Shown: positions 24,975 through 38,990 of the stretch, piece after piece
Numbering within the stretch: position 1 is the first letter of the stretch
Layout: each line of letters begins with the position of its first letter
Assembly: GCA_964016885.1 (NCBI GenBank)
Contig: OZ024742.1
Coordinates: 147,808,001 to 147,872,000, forward strand
Length of the DNA: 64,000 nucleotides
Source of the DNA: Eledone cirrhosa
Lineage: Eukaryota
Reading direction: 5' to 3'
Program-made: the position numbers and the translations under genes
The notes under the pieces: generated by a model
Databases searched by the model: none
What the model saw: only the letters and a program-made list of their open reading frames with translations
Told to the model about the DNA's origin: nothing

Positions 24975-25144
24975 AACTGTACCTTCACCTAGAGGATATG
25001 ACAGTAGGATTTGAGAAGCCTTGCATTGCTGATATAAAAATTGGACCCCAGACATATGATCCTGATGCTTCTGCTGATAAAATTCAATATGAGAAATCTA
25101 AAAGTTACTTTTCAACATCAGTTGGTTTTAAAATAGGATTTCGG
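24975..25144 (+). CDS. IPMK: IPMK coding exon 3
   Basis: Acceptor TTCCAG; (E)LYLHLEDMTVGFEKPCIADIKIGPQTYDP contains the PxxxDxKxG inositol-binding motif; donor CGG|GTGAGG; phase 1-0. Confidence 0.95.
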
Positions 25145-26349
25145 GTGAGGAATATTTTTTTTTTCTCACTGTTTAATCAGGGTCTCTAAGACTGGTGGCA
25201 GGGAGATATCCACAAACTGGAGACTTAGTCTCAATGCTTGCATGCTTGCAACAGAATGGACTCTGCTAAAGGCACCAAATTGCCAGGTGGTTGTGTTAAA
25301 CTGAGCAGCAGACTACTTTGGCAAATTGGTTTAACTCTTCATGACCATGCTGGCATGGGATAGGTGAGACTTTTGGAGGAAGTATTTTATGGCTGGATGT
25401 TCTTTCTGATTCCAACTCTTTTAGTTGCCTTTTATGACACACAGGGATATGGTGTATCTGTTCGACACTGTATCCTTGCATGTCTATGTATTTCTATCAA
25501 TTTAGAAAATAGTCATGAATTTGGAGGGGTTTAGTAAAATAGATAGCATTTTTGTCATAAGTTGTAAAATAAATTTAAAAGTTCTTGCATAGATGGATGG
25601 TTTTAAACCTTTCGTCACCATATTTTTAATGATTTTGAAAATAATCAAGAATTTAGAGGGATTTAGTAATGTAACTAAATGTCTCAAAATCAAGCTGATG
25701 TTGGGAACATAAATTAACAAATTTATGATGGAAGGTTTTTAGATAAATATAAGATATGCAGTTGAAGTAGAATCAGGGACAGTTTCAGGAAGTCTGATAT
25801 CAAAAGGTTTAATTTAAGTAGGAACATTTTGAAATGAGGTGTGTATCCCAGTTTTTAGAATAAGTATACTGTATCCTTGTGTGTCATAAAATGTGACTAA
25901 AAGGGTTGGCATATCCAGTTGAAAAGCATAGTCTCAAACCATTCCATCCGACCACTATTCGCATGGAAAAGTGGACATAAAAACGATGATGATGATGATG
26001 TGTATTATAAAACCAGAGGTGGTCCCAAAAGCGTTAAATTAATGTAATAGTAGTCAGTATGATGTTTTCTATAAAGTACTTGATTCATAACCTTGAAATC
26101 ATTTCTTTACATCTATAAACATTGAATATGTCCAGTCTTCTAGTCATATTCAGAATGTCCAGTTTTCTGAAGTTAGAATAGTAATAGCAGTAATAAATAA
26201 AACTGTCCCAATCAGAAATTTAGTAAATTTAAATAATTAAAAAAATTCTGAATGTTCACTTTGAAACCACATGGTTTCAGGTTGGGTATCATCTATTACA
26301 GCCTTGAGCTGAGTAAATTTAATTGATAGAAATTAGAATGAGGCTCGTT

Positions 26350-26970
26350 GTCATTATCATCATCATTGTTTAACATCAATTTTTCCATGCTAGCATGGGT
26401 TAGACAAGTTTTCCCAATGTGAGACAGGCCACATCAGATGACTGCGTCTTGCTCATACAGAACTGATTCTGGCTTGGTTTCTATGGCTTAAATGCCCTTC
26501 CTAATGCCAACTACATTTACAGTGTGTAGTGGGTGCTTTTGTTGTGACACCTACACGACTACTTTACAGTGTGGGCTGGATGCTTTTTGTTGTGACACCT
26601 ACACAACTATTTTACAGTGTGGATTGAGGAATGGGGATTGGAGAGGTAGATCTAGGGTAGGACACTCATCTGGTGATGGGTGGAGTGTTGGGACATGAGT
26701 GAAGGGTGGAGTGTTAGGACGTGGGAGGTGTATTGAGAGGGAAGCTAAGGGAAAGTGGTGCATACTAGATGTATGTTTCAGCCTGTGCTCATGAGAAGGC
26801 AGATCTTCTGTATTACTGCATAACACCATGGATCTCGGTCCTGTGTCATCGCCTTTGAGAGGTGCAGTTGTGCAAGGTCAGTGTTTATCACCGCATCCCA
26901 AGTCTTTCTACTCCGTAGCGTCCATCAACTTTGAGTAGCTTCACTTTTTTATACATCTGTTATCCTTCTA
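26350..26970 (-). mobile_element. RTE 3' end / Ceph-SINE-like fragment
   Basis: (CAT)n tail, CCATGCTAGCATGGGTTAGAC, followed by degenerate RT C-terminus. Confidence 0.65.
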
Positions 26971-27559
26971 ATACTATACTCTGTTTCTAACTCTTTAAAA
27001 TTTACACACATATACACAATATATTTCCCTTCTCATGTCATGTTGCTACAATACGAAGTTTGCTTTCCAGTCACAAGTTCCTGGGTTCCAAATGTACATT
27101 TGTCCATGTAAAATTTCTCCAAAATTGCTCACACATTTAATTAATCCTTTAAGTCATTTTGTACATACATGCTGAACATTTATGTAATTATATAGAAATT
27201 TTTAGAAATAAATTATTAAAATAGCATACGTATCTTTAATCATTTTTATGTATCAGTAATTAACATAAACTGTCTTTGTTGTCCCCTTTTTCCAGTCTTT
27301 AATGGTTCTATCCACAATGCTGCTCCCCTTGGTCTGACTGGTGCTTTCCTCTAGTCACAATACTCTCCTCCTCCATCATCATTATCATCATTTAACGTCC
27401 ATCTTCCATGCTAGCATGGGTTAGACAGGTTTGTCCCATTTAGAGGCAAGTTAGGTTGAGTGACTGTGTCTTGCTTATAGAGGACTATTTCTGGTTTTCT
27501 ATGGCTGGATGCCTTTCCTAATGCCAACCACATTTACAGTGTGGGCTGGGTGCTTTTTG

Positions 27560-27914
27560 TCGTGACAGTGTGGGATATTTTCTTGTATTTCTTGTGCTTA
27601 TTCTGATGTCACTAATAACTAACTTATCACATTTTCTAACAAGTAAAATGTTAATCTGGCTTATGTGTTCACTTGACCGGTAGGTGATAAGGTGACTGTC
27701 TGTTTTCTTGAAGTTAGTGTTGCAGATAGTTCATCACAAAATATAGGAGTTTGCTCCCTCTTCATTTCTTGAGCCATAACCATAGCCACCGCGTACTCCA
27801 CTGTAGCCATCCTGGTACTACACAACATATTCATAGAAGTTGCCATCTAGAATGATGAAGTCTCAGTAACTAAGGTTGTCTACAGTTCCTCATACGTTCA
27901 ACACTTTTGCCATC
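27560..27914 (-). mobile_element. Degenerate RTE AP-endonuclease fragment
   Basis: Alternative frame reads DGYSGVRGGYGYGSRNEEG...CNTNFKKTDSHLITYRS, matching ORF 53946. Confidence 0.7.
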
Positions 27915-27928
27915 ATTATTGACAGAAC

Positions 27929-28100
27929 AGTATTGGGAGAGGGTCGGACGTCATGCTTTGACGTATAGAGTTACGGCCCTTGCCATTCTGAGTTCAAATC
28001 CCGCCGAGGTTAACTTTGCCTTTCATCCTTACGGGGTCGATAAAATAAAGTACCAGTAATGCACTGGGTAATTGCTGGCCTTGTGCCTAACGTAGAAACA
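27929..28100 (+). mobile_element. Meta-type SINE
   Basis: GAGTTCAAATCCC, GCCTTTCATCCTTACGGGGTCGATAAAATAAAGTACCAG; TSD ATTATYGACAGAAC at 27915-27928 and 28101-28114. Confidence 0.8.
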
Positions 28101-28534
28101 ATTATCGACAGAACTGGTCCACCAGTATATGGAACTGTTATGGTTAGGGTTAGGCCTGTTGGCCATGCTGTACCTTGCTCATAGCAGGACCGTGTCTTGG
28201 CTGGGTGGATGTCCTTCCTAAACCTCAACCACATTTATAGTGTGGGACTGGGTGGTCCCATTATGAGGCAAGGCTGGCCTGTTTGCTGCATCATACCTTG
28301 CTCATAACAGAGCTAATTTCGGCTGTTTTTTCTTTTTACAGCTGGATGCCCTTTCTAACACCAATCACATTTACAGTGGGAATTGAATGGTACTCTTATG
28401 GGACAAGTCTGACCAGTTGGCCGCGCCATACCTTGCTCATAGCGGGACCTTGTTTTGGTTGGGTTTTTACAGCTGCTGGATGCCCTTTCTCAGCACAAAC
28501 CACGCTTACAGTGTGGACTGGACTAGGTTGAAGG

Positions 28535-29055
28535 CTCAAGTCTTCTGTCATACATTGTAGCACCAGAAGTCTTGGTCTTGTAACATCTCCCTCGAGAGAT
28601 TCAGCAGTGCCAGGTCAGCCTTTATCATTTCATCCCATGTCTTCCCTGGTCCTCCTCTTCGGAGGCACCCTGCACCTTTTTATACAGCTGTCATCCTTCA
28701 TGTGCATTATATGTCCATATTATTGCAGTCTTCTCTCCTGCACACAGCATTTGATCCCTCTTATGCCCAGTTCCATTCTCAGTTCATTTACACTTTGCTG
28801 TTCATGCACACTACTATTTCCTATCTATCGAAGTATGCAAGCTTCATTTCTTTCTAATCTTTGTAGATCCTCAGTGCACAGTGCTTGGGTTTCACATGTA
28901 ACATTGCTGTTCACATGCAGGCATACTTCCTTTTATATTGAGGGAGAAACCATTTGTAGATAGCAGCTCCCTGAACTTTTTCCATCTTGTTCTTACTCAG
29001 GAAATTGTTCTTTCTGAGCTCCCACCTCCACTGTTGATTTGGTTTCCCGGTAGCA
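28535..29055 (-). mobile_element. Degenerate RTE C-terminal fragment
   Basis: Similar to the WKKFRELL...ERNEASMLR...QERRL region. Confidence 0.7.
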
Positions 29056-29463
29056 ACATGTGTATTTACAGGAGATATAAATATACAAACACATGTGGCA
29101 TATTATTATAGTTGATAATAGTTTTAAAAGTCAGAATTTTGGTAGAATCCATAGTAACTTCAGTATTATTTTATTTAGATTTCTGATATTAAGGTGGTCA
29201 GTTTAATAGGGTCATTAGAGTGTTGGAAATTTATATCAGTTCTTCCTGCTCCAAGTTAAAATCCCAACCCTGCCAAGGTTTATTTTGGATTTTGACATTT
29301 CTGTCCTAACTGTCATCCTGGGAAGGTTGAAAAGTTTTCTGTATCTCTACATCACTGCAGGGGCACATAAAACTCTTTGTGAAAGCATGGCACATACTAC
29401 CATGTCATACCCGATTGTGAATGATTTTCATAGCTTTTATTCCTGGTATAAATTCTCTTACAG

Positions 29464-29548
29464 GTATACCATCCTTCTACAGATACCTTTAATTTCGCTT
29501 CTAGTAAAAAGCATCTACAACTAGATGAGTTTCAAATGTTGGAGAAAG
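29464..29548 (+). CDS. IPMK: IPMK coding exon 4 (not represented in ORF track)
   Basis: Acceptor TCTCTTACAG; VYHPSTDTFNFASSKKHLQLDEFQMLEK+G; donor AAG|GTTTGT; 85 nt, phase 0-1, exactly bridging exons 3 and 5; parallels the vertebrate VYH... exon. Confidence 0.85.
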
Positions 29549-29929
29549 GTTTGTTTGTTTTGCTTTTCTTTAATTTACAGACTTGATACTTTTTAGTTGC
29601 AACCATATGGTTTCAGATTCTATCCCACTGTGCAGCCTCTTGGTCATGTATCGTTTATTATAGTCTTGGACCGAATAATGCCTAGTGAGTGAGTTTGAAA
29701 GGAAGCTTGTGTGTATATATATGACTGCTTTCCATGCTGGCATGAGTTAGGTTGTCACAATCTGAGTTGCTTTGTAACACTTCTAGTGTTATATATGTAC
29801 ACACAGGCATTTCATTATCATTTAACAGACATTTAAACAATGATGTGTGCGCACATATGCATATTTCTTTACCACATATCAGTGATATTTGTTTATGTCC
29901 TGCAGCGTAACAAAGATGAGCAGTATATA

Positions 29930-30215
29930 CTATACTTAAAGTTGTAACGATGAAAGAATGGTATTTAACTAATGTATTGGTACGCGATGGGGCCCACCCA
30001 CAGCCCTGGCGGACAATAGAGAAAGCGTTTCCCTGGAGGATGGCAAGGGAGACGCACTGGAAAAGCCACTCCAACTCACATCTGCGGCTGGCCAGCTCAG
30101 CGCCTATGGTGGTGAGTAAGGAGGTAGCTCTGGGGCCCGAGGACACTAGAAGTTTCCACTGCCAGGGGAACAACCACAAACCTGTCGGAGAGTGAGTATA
30201 GGCTGACATCAGAAA
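29930..30215 (-). mobile_element. 3' fragment of a CRE-like (restriction-like endonuclease) non-LTR retrotransposon
   Basis: GPRATSLLTTIG...LEWLFQCVSLAILQGNAFSI resembles the LFQRISLAIQRGNA C-terminus of CRE-clade elements; GC-rich island. Confidence 0.6.
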
Positions 30216-30374
30216 GAGGATCTGATTGTTGAAAAACTGCCTCAAAAAGACAAACTCATGCCAGAAAAAAACGATAATGAATGATGCTATTGTTTTATTT
30301 TACCATTGTTTAACCATGCTAAATTTTTTTTCCTTTTTATTTTGAATATGCACTTTATTTTCTCTTCTGTCTAG

Positions 30375-30784
30375 GTATTGGGGAATATTTTAACTTGTTT
30401 GAAAGCTTACGCAAAGATGCTGTTTTTGCAGTCTTGCTTGAGCTCATCGATATTAAAAACTGGTTTGAACAACAAAGAAAATTTGCATTTTATGCCTCTT
30501 CGTTATTGTGCATTTATGAAGGACGTCAACCTTGCAAGCAACATCGAGCAGCAGTGTCTAGAATATCTCCATCAAATTGTAATATTGTGAACACAAACAA
30601 CAGTGATTGCTGTGCAACAAGTATTGAAGATATTTTGCGTAGTTCCAATGTAAGAGATACTTGTGTTAAAGTGAAGATGATTGATTTTGGTCATGTGTAT
30701 ACAACATCTGAACAAGACAAGAATTATTTATTTGGCTTGGATAGTCTAATTAAATATTTAAAAAAATTACTTACAGAGTTTTAA
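30375..30784 (+). CDS. IPMK: IPMK last coding exon
   Basis: Acceptor TTCTGTCTAG; LRKDAV...WFEQQRKFAFYASSLLCIYEG...VKMIDFGH...YLFGLDSL, stop TAA. Exons sum to 109+189+170+85+410 = 963 nt = 320 aa. Confidence 0.95.
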
Positions 30785-33700
30785 AATTGTAATTACTGAA
30801 ATATTACAAAATAGAGCTGACTAACAGAAGTAACAGATGGGTTACTGTTTAAGCTAATGACAGCTTTGTTACTGCTTACTGCTCTTTTATATTGTATAAT
30901 TTTTAACACTGCCAGACTTTCTATATTGACTACAGAAAAAACCTTACATGATAAATTAAGGCCTAGTGGATAGGGTGTTGGACTCACAATCATAAAGTCA
31001 TGGGTTTGATTCTTGGGTTGAGTGACACATTGTGTTCTTGGGCAAAAAACCCAATTTCATGACAAGCCTGGCACACCTGAAAAACCTCAGGAAGTCAATT
31101 AAACCTACATAGGTGTAAGTTGTAACAACAAAATAGCTGGTTAACTTGGACAATTGACACTACATTATCCTTTGTTCATCTCACCATTGAGAATAGGTAC
31201 AAGGATATCAGGGAAGGTCAGTTGTGATAGACTGGAATCATATTGAGTGTTTATCTGCTTCATGCCATGAAGCTGAAGCTATCAGGGACCATTCATTGCT
31301 TTGGAGACTTTTACAGTATATTATTTTTATCAAAGCACATAGCTTTGCCAAGACAATTATTTCTTTCAAATGCTAAATATTCATTTAAAAAAAAAAAGAA
31401 AATGGCTGTGAAATTTGTTACTAGCCTGTCTGGATTTCTATAGCAACACTAGTGTAATAATAACTGGTTGTTGCTGTTGAAATGCTTTCCCACTCCTTTA
31501 CCATTTCCTGTTAATATTTTTCTTTATTTATAACACAATGCCAAATACTATGAAGAGCAGAATTGGTACAGTGTTAGAAAAATACCTCATGGCATTTAGT
31601 TATGGTTCATATTCTGAGTTTAAATCCCACTGGGGTCAATAAAATAGGTGTGCAGCCTAATATGGTGGTGTTTGCTCCAGCAAACTAGATGGTAGTTAAC
31701 CCTGCAATGGACTGGTGTCCTGTCCAGGTCTTGTACTTTCAGTTAATTAAACTGACATGAACCTCCAGGCTTTAGACAGACCAAGTAGAATAAGCATCAC
31801 TAAAGTGCTAGGATTAATCAAAGTGACTTTACCTGTGGCCTTGTGCCTATCCAATATCATTATGAAAACTTAAATCTTTACAACCATAACATTCACTTTG
31901 AATATTTATATAAAGTTTAATCTGTTCAAGTACTATCCAAACATAACCATCTGTACAAGGAGAATTTGCAAACCTTTTTTTCTTTTTTAAATTTGAAATG
32001 TTTAACAAGGAGGTTATCTTGGTATGGGTGGTGAACTGACAGGGCCTCAATTCACATTTGCCTTTCGTCCTTTCAGGGTTGATGAATAAAAATACCAGTC
32101 TAGGGCAGTGGACTGGTTGCTTTGTCATATATGATCTAGTTCAGTGCATCTTGGGTTCAAATATCTCCTGCCAGATAGAATCAGCAATGGCAGCATTGCT
32201 TCCTTGATCCAACCAGACAACTGCCTTTATTACTTTATATATTTATACTTGAAAAAATACTTATGTAAATAAAACCATAATTTTTTTTCATATTTAACGA
32301 AATCATGAAATGAAAGAAAATATCGATTTTTTTTTTAATACAAATTAAGTTTTATTAAAAAAAAAACCAACTAAAAAAAAAAAAATAAAAAAAAAAAGTT
32401 GGAAAAAGAACAATTTGTAATTTTAAAAAATCAAACTGAATTATGATCCTTCACCATTATATCTAGTCTTTCAAGTGATTACTGCTTGTCTTAAGAGAAG
32501 ATTTAAGCTGTATTTAATGAACAAATATCTTCCAGAAAAACTTTTTTTTTTTTTTTTTTCAGTGCAATAAAATATTTTACTTTCTTTACCTGTTAACTGA
32601 GTTATTTTGTAAAACAAAATTGTGGCAAATTTATTGGATGGACAGACTCCATGGACAACACTACTCCTTACTGGCTTAGAATTTTTTATAGGGTGTATGG
32701 TGTAAGATGTTTTCTACAGCAAGCCAATATTATTATTATTTAAAATGTATAATCAATGGTAAATGTGACAAATTAATGGAGTCGTTATAGTATTAGAGAA
32801 AATGGCTTGTGGTATTTTGCCCCAGCTCTCTGCATTTAAAAACTATGGTCAACTTTATGAAAGCCAAAATAAAATACTAGTCCAATGTAGGAGTGTTAGA
32901 TGAGATATCTTGTCATTTGTTGAGTTCAAATCCTGCCGCTATAACCTATTGGGCGGTAGACTTAATTCGTTGTCTGGCTTAGCACTACCATCTGCAGATT
33001 CACAATGTTGCATTGGGACAGGTGCCAGGTTTGAGGATAATTTCTTCCTTCCTACTAGTCTTGGTGGCCCTGCTAAGTGCCACGAGTATTGGCCCTCATA
33101 ACTAAGTAAAAAATGTATTTCATCCCATGTTATAAAGATGCTATAACTATTCTTTATTCTTGTGTCATTGTTGTCTACTTAGAGTCCTTAGAAACATCTG
33201 AATAAATGCTATCATCACTGTTTAATGTCTGTCTATTTTTCATGCTTGCATGAGTTGATGGGACTAACCAGGTCAGGGGACCATGTCTTGCTCATGTGGA
33301 TGTTTCTCCTTTGCAAATGATCACACATTTTGCCCACTTGTCAATACTACAATACAAGAGATCAAACCAGCATTACATTCTCCATCTATAGAACCCCAAT
33401 AACATGGAATTGTTCAAAATGGTCTTATCTCTATCAAAAGCATTGACAGGTTTATAAAATGTAGATATATTTAATCAGTGTGGTGATTTTCTATGAAGCT
33501 ATTTAACCCTTTTGTTTCCATATTTCTAATGAAATGCACTATATTTTAATTAATGTAGAATTTGGAGGGATTTGTTAAAATTATTTCATTATCAAGATGG
33601 TGTTTGTAATGTAATGTAACAAAAAAGTCATTATCAAACTGTTGGAAAGTTTTAATTCAAATAGGAACTTTTAGAGTGGGAGGCATTGTTTCATAAACCC

Positions 33701-34571
33701 AGAAGTGGTTTTAGCTAGATGCCTTTCCTGACATCAACCCTTATCTTTTGTTGCTTTTAAAAATAAAGTACAGATTTTTGCATGTCTAATTACTGAGCAG
33801 TGGGATTTCTATTTACATGGAAATGCAAAAAAATATAACTGTTTGCGATGTCAAATGCAAAGAGACATATGCGTGTGTGTGTATGTATTTATATCTCTAT
33901 ATTTACAGTTTCCATATACTAACTTCACTCTCAAGACACGGGTCTGCTGAAGGCTAAGCAGTGGGAAATAACACAAGACCATATGGTTGCACAGCAAATT
34001 TCTTAAGCACACAACCATGCCCATACCTCTTAAACTGATCTATAATAATTATTTAAAAAAATATATAAATTAATTTTTTTGTACTCAATATCTTAAGAGT
34101 AGGCTATCCTGAAATATGTTCAAATACAGACAAGAAAAGAATAGCCATGTAATTTTAAAAATAAAAGATTTTATGGTTAGTGCAAGTTGAAAATGTGTGT
34201 TGATTGCAGAGAACAGGAAACAAATTCCAGGTGGTTATAAAAATTACAAAACCAGATGCAATATACAGCACTTTAATAAAAAAAAAAGTAATAAGCCTGC
34301 TTTGGTCATGACTGATCATGGGTTTGCATCTGGAAAATCTTCTAAAGCCTGGGCATGTTTTGTGGAAAACTAGCAGTCACCTCTCTCCATGTCACAAATG
34401 TTGCTCAAGAGGAAGGTAAAAGCCAATTGAGTTTGATTACTACTGTTGCCACAACTCATTTTTTCCATCTGAGTAAACTAAAGTGTCATGTCATGCTCAA
34501 GGACACAATATACTCCCCCTGTCGAGGAATCACGACCTTAAAATTGTTGAGTTCAACTAAGTAACGTTCTC

Positions 34572-34602
<31 letters not shown>

Positions 34603-35646
34603 CATTAGAAAAATAAGAGTGAATTTCTACATTTATTTTAGGGAGGGATTTGATATTTTCATTTGAAAGGTTATTTATTATTGTTGTTTTTTAAAAGATG
34701 TTTGGCTGATAGGTTAGTTCAACAAATTTGTCTCTTAACCAGATAAAAGTTTTTGCAGTCCCTTTGAATCATTTGCCTCAGGTAGCAAAGTCAAACATCT
34801 TGAACATCATAGCAATCCATTGAAAGAGTTATATTCCCAGAGAGTTTTGGGTTCAAATAGTTGAACAGGCCAATACAAAATAAAGATGGACTTCATTGTT
34901 TGTAGTTCAATGAATGATTTAGTAGACAAGTTATTAAAAAAGACGCACCAGTGGAGAAAATATTAATTGGAGAATTCAGAAGTTTAATGATATGAGTTTT
35001 CAGTTTAAATGTAAAAAAAAAACAAAAAAAAACACAAAAAAAAACACCTTGAATTCGATGATGAGTGTTGTTTGGTTAATGGAATAGCCTGCTTTTATAT
35101 ACCCTTAATGACTCAGGGGAATCAGCATGGCACTGTGTGATGAGGGTAGCTTTTTGAATTACAAAGTACAGTTCATCTAACCTAAATTTACTCACAAGGC
35201 ATGGGTTGACAATAGGCTATGGCAAAATACACCAAATCCAGAATCTTGTGACTGAAGGAAACTTCTTAAATCATCCAGCCATGCTGTATCTGCTTTGTGC
35301 AAAAGTGTGCTATTAGATATAAATTCTGCCAACAAGATGATAGTGAATTATAAAGGAATTAGTGCTAATACCATTAATAGCATGGTCATTGTGTTATATT
35401 TAATAATTTAGGTTTCAAAATCAAATTGGCATTTGATAAAGGTGATAACTCAGTTACAGTTGCAAAGCACTTTAAAAAAAAAAAAAAATTTTTTAATGTG
35501 GAAAAATTCTGTAATATGTCATGATCTATCCAAGCCAAATGTTGATACTGAATTGAATGAAATGAAAATGTAATTGAAAAATCTGAACAGATCAAAACAA
35601 ATTCTTTTCAGTGAGGAAGTAATCCATGTCAATTATATGATATAGG

Positions 35647-35775
35647 GTGTCTGACCACATATATATTAAGTCTGACCAAGTATATATTGAGTCTGACCTC
35701 ATATATAGTGAATCTGACCTAGATGTTTAATATATTATGGATCTGACCTAACTCTTTAATATATAGTGGGTCTGA
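35647..35775. repeat. Degenerate ~20-bp tandem repeat (RTCTGACC core)
   Basis: About six copies of GTCTGACC/ATCTGACC separated by AT-rich spacers. Confidence 0.55.
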
Positions 35776-36153
35776 TTTCCTAACAAATGTGTAATGTATA
35801 CAAACAACTCAGCAGTTTATCCACCTTATTTACTGTTCCTAGTTGAATTTTGATTTTAATTCACATAAGGCAGAAATTTAAGAAGTTACATCTTAATGGA
35901 TTATTAATACCTTGTGAATATTTTACCTTCATCACAGACATTTCTCTTTTGACAGGAATTTGCAATCAATTACAGCTGCATCTTTTTTTTTTTTTAAATG
36001 AAGTTGAAAAAATTTCACAACCAGTTTTTCATTGCTTAGCACATATGTCTAACAATACATTGCTTTGCTTGAGTCACCAATGGATGTATGTGTGTATGGT
36101 AAATGCAGTAGGCATTGCTTTGTGATAGCCACAGGAAGACAAATTAGTAGGTA

Positions 36154-36220
36154 TTATAGTTCAGAAACAGGTTTGATATCAGATAGATAATTGTTTATCA
36201 CAGTCCGTGCCTTTACATAC
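36154..36220 (-). CDS. RASSF2: RASSF2/4-like last coding exon (SARAH C-terminus)
   Basis: Acceptor TTTTCAATAG; (K)YVKARTVINNYLSDIKPVSEL*; phase 2 matches the preceding exon. Confidence 0.75.
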
Positions 36221-36873
36221 CTATTGAAAATAAATAAAATGTAAATTAAATATTACATTATGAAAATTGAAATGGTTAGATAATTACTTGTTCATAGTGA
36301 CAACAATTTTTCTTTTAAAAAATTTGACCATCAACCTCCAGGTGGGTTAAGCGCCTTACATGATCCCACACTCTTACTGAGTATATTTTATCATGGCACA
36401 TAATTCTGTTGGCTCTGAGTCTGCCTGACTGGCAAACAGATTACATTCCTAGTTAGTTAGTTTATAATGAGTAATTAGTCACATAAATAGCATCCAAATT
36501 TAAAAAGGCATATTTTCAACACTACAAGTGTTTCAAGGTCATTTACTCTCTTAAAGCAAGGGTTAACTTCAGTCTCCATACTTATCATTGAGGCAATGCT
36601 TTACAACCAGATGCCCTTCCTGCCACCAACCTTTTTAGTTGCCTCTTATGATATACAGAAATACAATGCACCTATTCTAAATCAGATACACACAGTAGTA
36701 AAATTTCTCCAGCAATATGCTTTTGCAATAGAAAACATTCTAGTGATACTAGGGTAGATAAATGCCTTATTTTTTTCATGCTAGCAAAAACAATTGCATA
36801 TAAATCATCTTTTGGTAGTTAATTTATCATTAAAAGTAATAATTCAAAGGTTTACATATAGTGAAATACTTAC

Positions 36874-36971
36874 TTATCCTTGATTTTTTCTACATCTTTT
36901 TCTTCATCATCTAAAAATTTCTGTAATAAGCCTTTTAATACAGCCTCGGGTAATGCTATTAATTGCTCTAC
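36874..36971 (-). CDS. RASSF2: RASSF2/4-like exon (SARAH domain)
   Basis: VEQLIALPEAVLKGLLQKFLDDEEKDVEKIKDK, comparable to the RASSF2 [26 protein letters not shown] exon; donor AA|GTAAGT; 98 nt, phase 0-2. Confidence 0.85.
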
Positions 36972-38659
36972 CTTAAGAGATGAAAACAAGATATGGTTAA
37001 TATAAAAAAAAAAAACAACAAATCATTTCTTCAGTTTCAAATTAAGAGCAACATAAAAGAATGTTAACATTTAGACCTTTTCATACCAACCTGCTTGAAA
37101 CCATCCCTGGTTCTATGACAATAAAAATGTGTTTGAAAGTGTTCAAGTTTGAATATAAACCTTTCAATATTTTTTCTAAGAACATTTTCTTAAACTATGG
37201 ACTAAACACCAACTTAATAGTGAGAATGTTTGCGAATGTTTTGATAGTTCTAAATATAAGAGGAAATTGAATACTGTGGTGATAGCTACATCTATGTAAC
37301 TGCAGTAATAGAATGTTCAGCAATAAGTGTTCACTATGTGAATCTCAATTGAAAAGGTAAAAATATATTTGAAGGTAACTGATAAGTTTACAAAGAAATT
37401 GAACAAATTTGAAAATTTGATATTTGTGAAAATAGCCAGATGTCACAATAAAAGCAAATAAATTTAAAGACAGTTTGTCAAACAAGATAATTTTTTTTTA
37501 ACTATGCTATCATGAGTTCGATTCCTGGTCCTGGAGAGAGGTGACTGGCATATTACTGCCTTTTATTTTATCAATCATAAAGGTAGATTGGCAGAATTGG
37601 AAGAGTGCCAAACAAGCTTCGAGTTCAAGTCACTCCATGGTCATATTTGCCTATTATTCTACAATAAAATGAAGCACTAGTCAACTATACCACTCCTCAG
37701 AAATCTCTGGCCTTATTTCAATGTTAGAAAGCATATCTTTTATCAATCCTGGAGTAAGGAAAAATAAAGTGAAATTTGTAAAATTTGAACTGAGAACAGG
37801 AGTACTGAACTAGCAGCTATATAACAGCCATTGAAGTATCAACTCAGCCATCTCTAAAGTATATAGAAACAACATTAAATACTACAATTCCTTTAATATG
37901 GAACTCATTCTTGTCTAATTACAAGAATAATGACTACAAAAACATAACCTGCTGGCCCAGTGTTCCAATCCCAATGATATTTGACTATATCCTACCAGAG
38001 TTCTTTGATAAGGCATTGCCATAATTTTTTGTCAAGTTGGAACATTTATTATTATTGGTTTAATTACTATTTTACTGGTTTTAGTTATTAGACTACAACC
38101 CTAGTATTTATTCTATCAATCTCTAGTTGTTGAACTTCTAAATTACAAGATACAAACAAAGGGTAAATACCCAGACACAGATACACACACATATATGATG
38201 GGCTTCCATGAGTTTGTCCAAATTTCATTCACAAGGTATTGGTCAACCCAAATAAGTAGAAGACACTTGCTCAAGGCACTGCACAGTAGGACTGAGTCTA
38301 AAACCTTGTGCTTCTGAAGTGAACTTCTTAACCAAACGGTCATGTATGTCCCAATATGTGCACGCATAAAAAGGGGGCCAGAGTTTAATGGTTCAGACAA
38401 ACTATTGATTTCTTGCTTTAAGACAGCATTTTAATCTAAAACAACTCAAATTTAAATGTTATAGAAATCAACAAAAGTTGTACATTAGTTGTCTTCAGTT
38501 TGAGAGAGAGATGAGAAATAGAAAGAAAAAGAGAGTCATGCAAAATCAGTAAATCTTTCACATGCTTTTATAATTTATTAGATTGATTATATATATATAT
38601 ATATATAAAGGATTATGTAATTAGAGTCAACAATTTCTAACAAACGTGATTAGTTAGAA

Positions 38660-38990
38660 CTATTCCAATCCAACCCTTTTCCTGTCTGTTGGAGGAACCT
38701 CTCGCTGGTTGACCTTGACCACTTCTGTTTAGTTTTGGCCATGTCAGGGGTATAGCCATACTCACCATGCTTGGCTAATTAAGGGTTGGTGGAACTATTT
38801 AACCCATAGTTGAGGTGGATGGCCATTGACTGAGGAGTTTATCCACCCTTTTAACAGCTCGTTTTCCATGCTGCTGGGGTTCCACTCACCCTCATCCCCA
38901 GAGCAGGGCCTGGTAGGAGAGCTAGTTTAATCGCCAACCACTGGACCACAAAGTAGGTTGTACTAGGCAGAAGCCGGACCTGACATTCAG
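38660..38990 (-). mobile_element. Probable LINE 5'-UTR-like fragment (GC-richer island)
   Basis: Composition shift only; no ORF. Confidence 0.3.

Noticed and set aside
25120-25144. IPMK GFKIGFR appears one residue shorter than vertebrate GFLVLGMR, suggesting a pseudogene
   Set aside because: Frame, splice phases and the PxxxDxKxG, SSLL and IDF motifs are all intact; best treated as ordinary divergence
38900-38990. Possible HDV-like or other ribozyme in the GC-rich island
   Set aside because: Short stems are present but I could not fit the nested double-pseudoknot consensus
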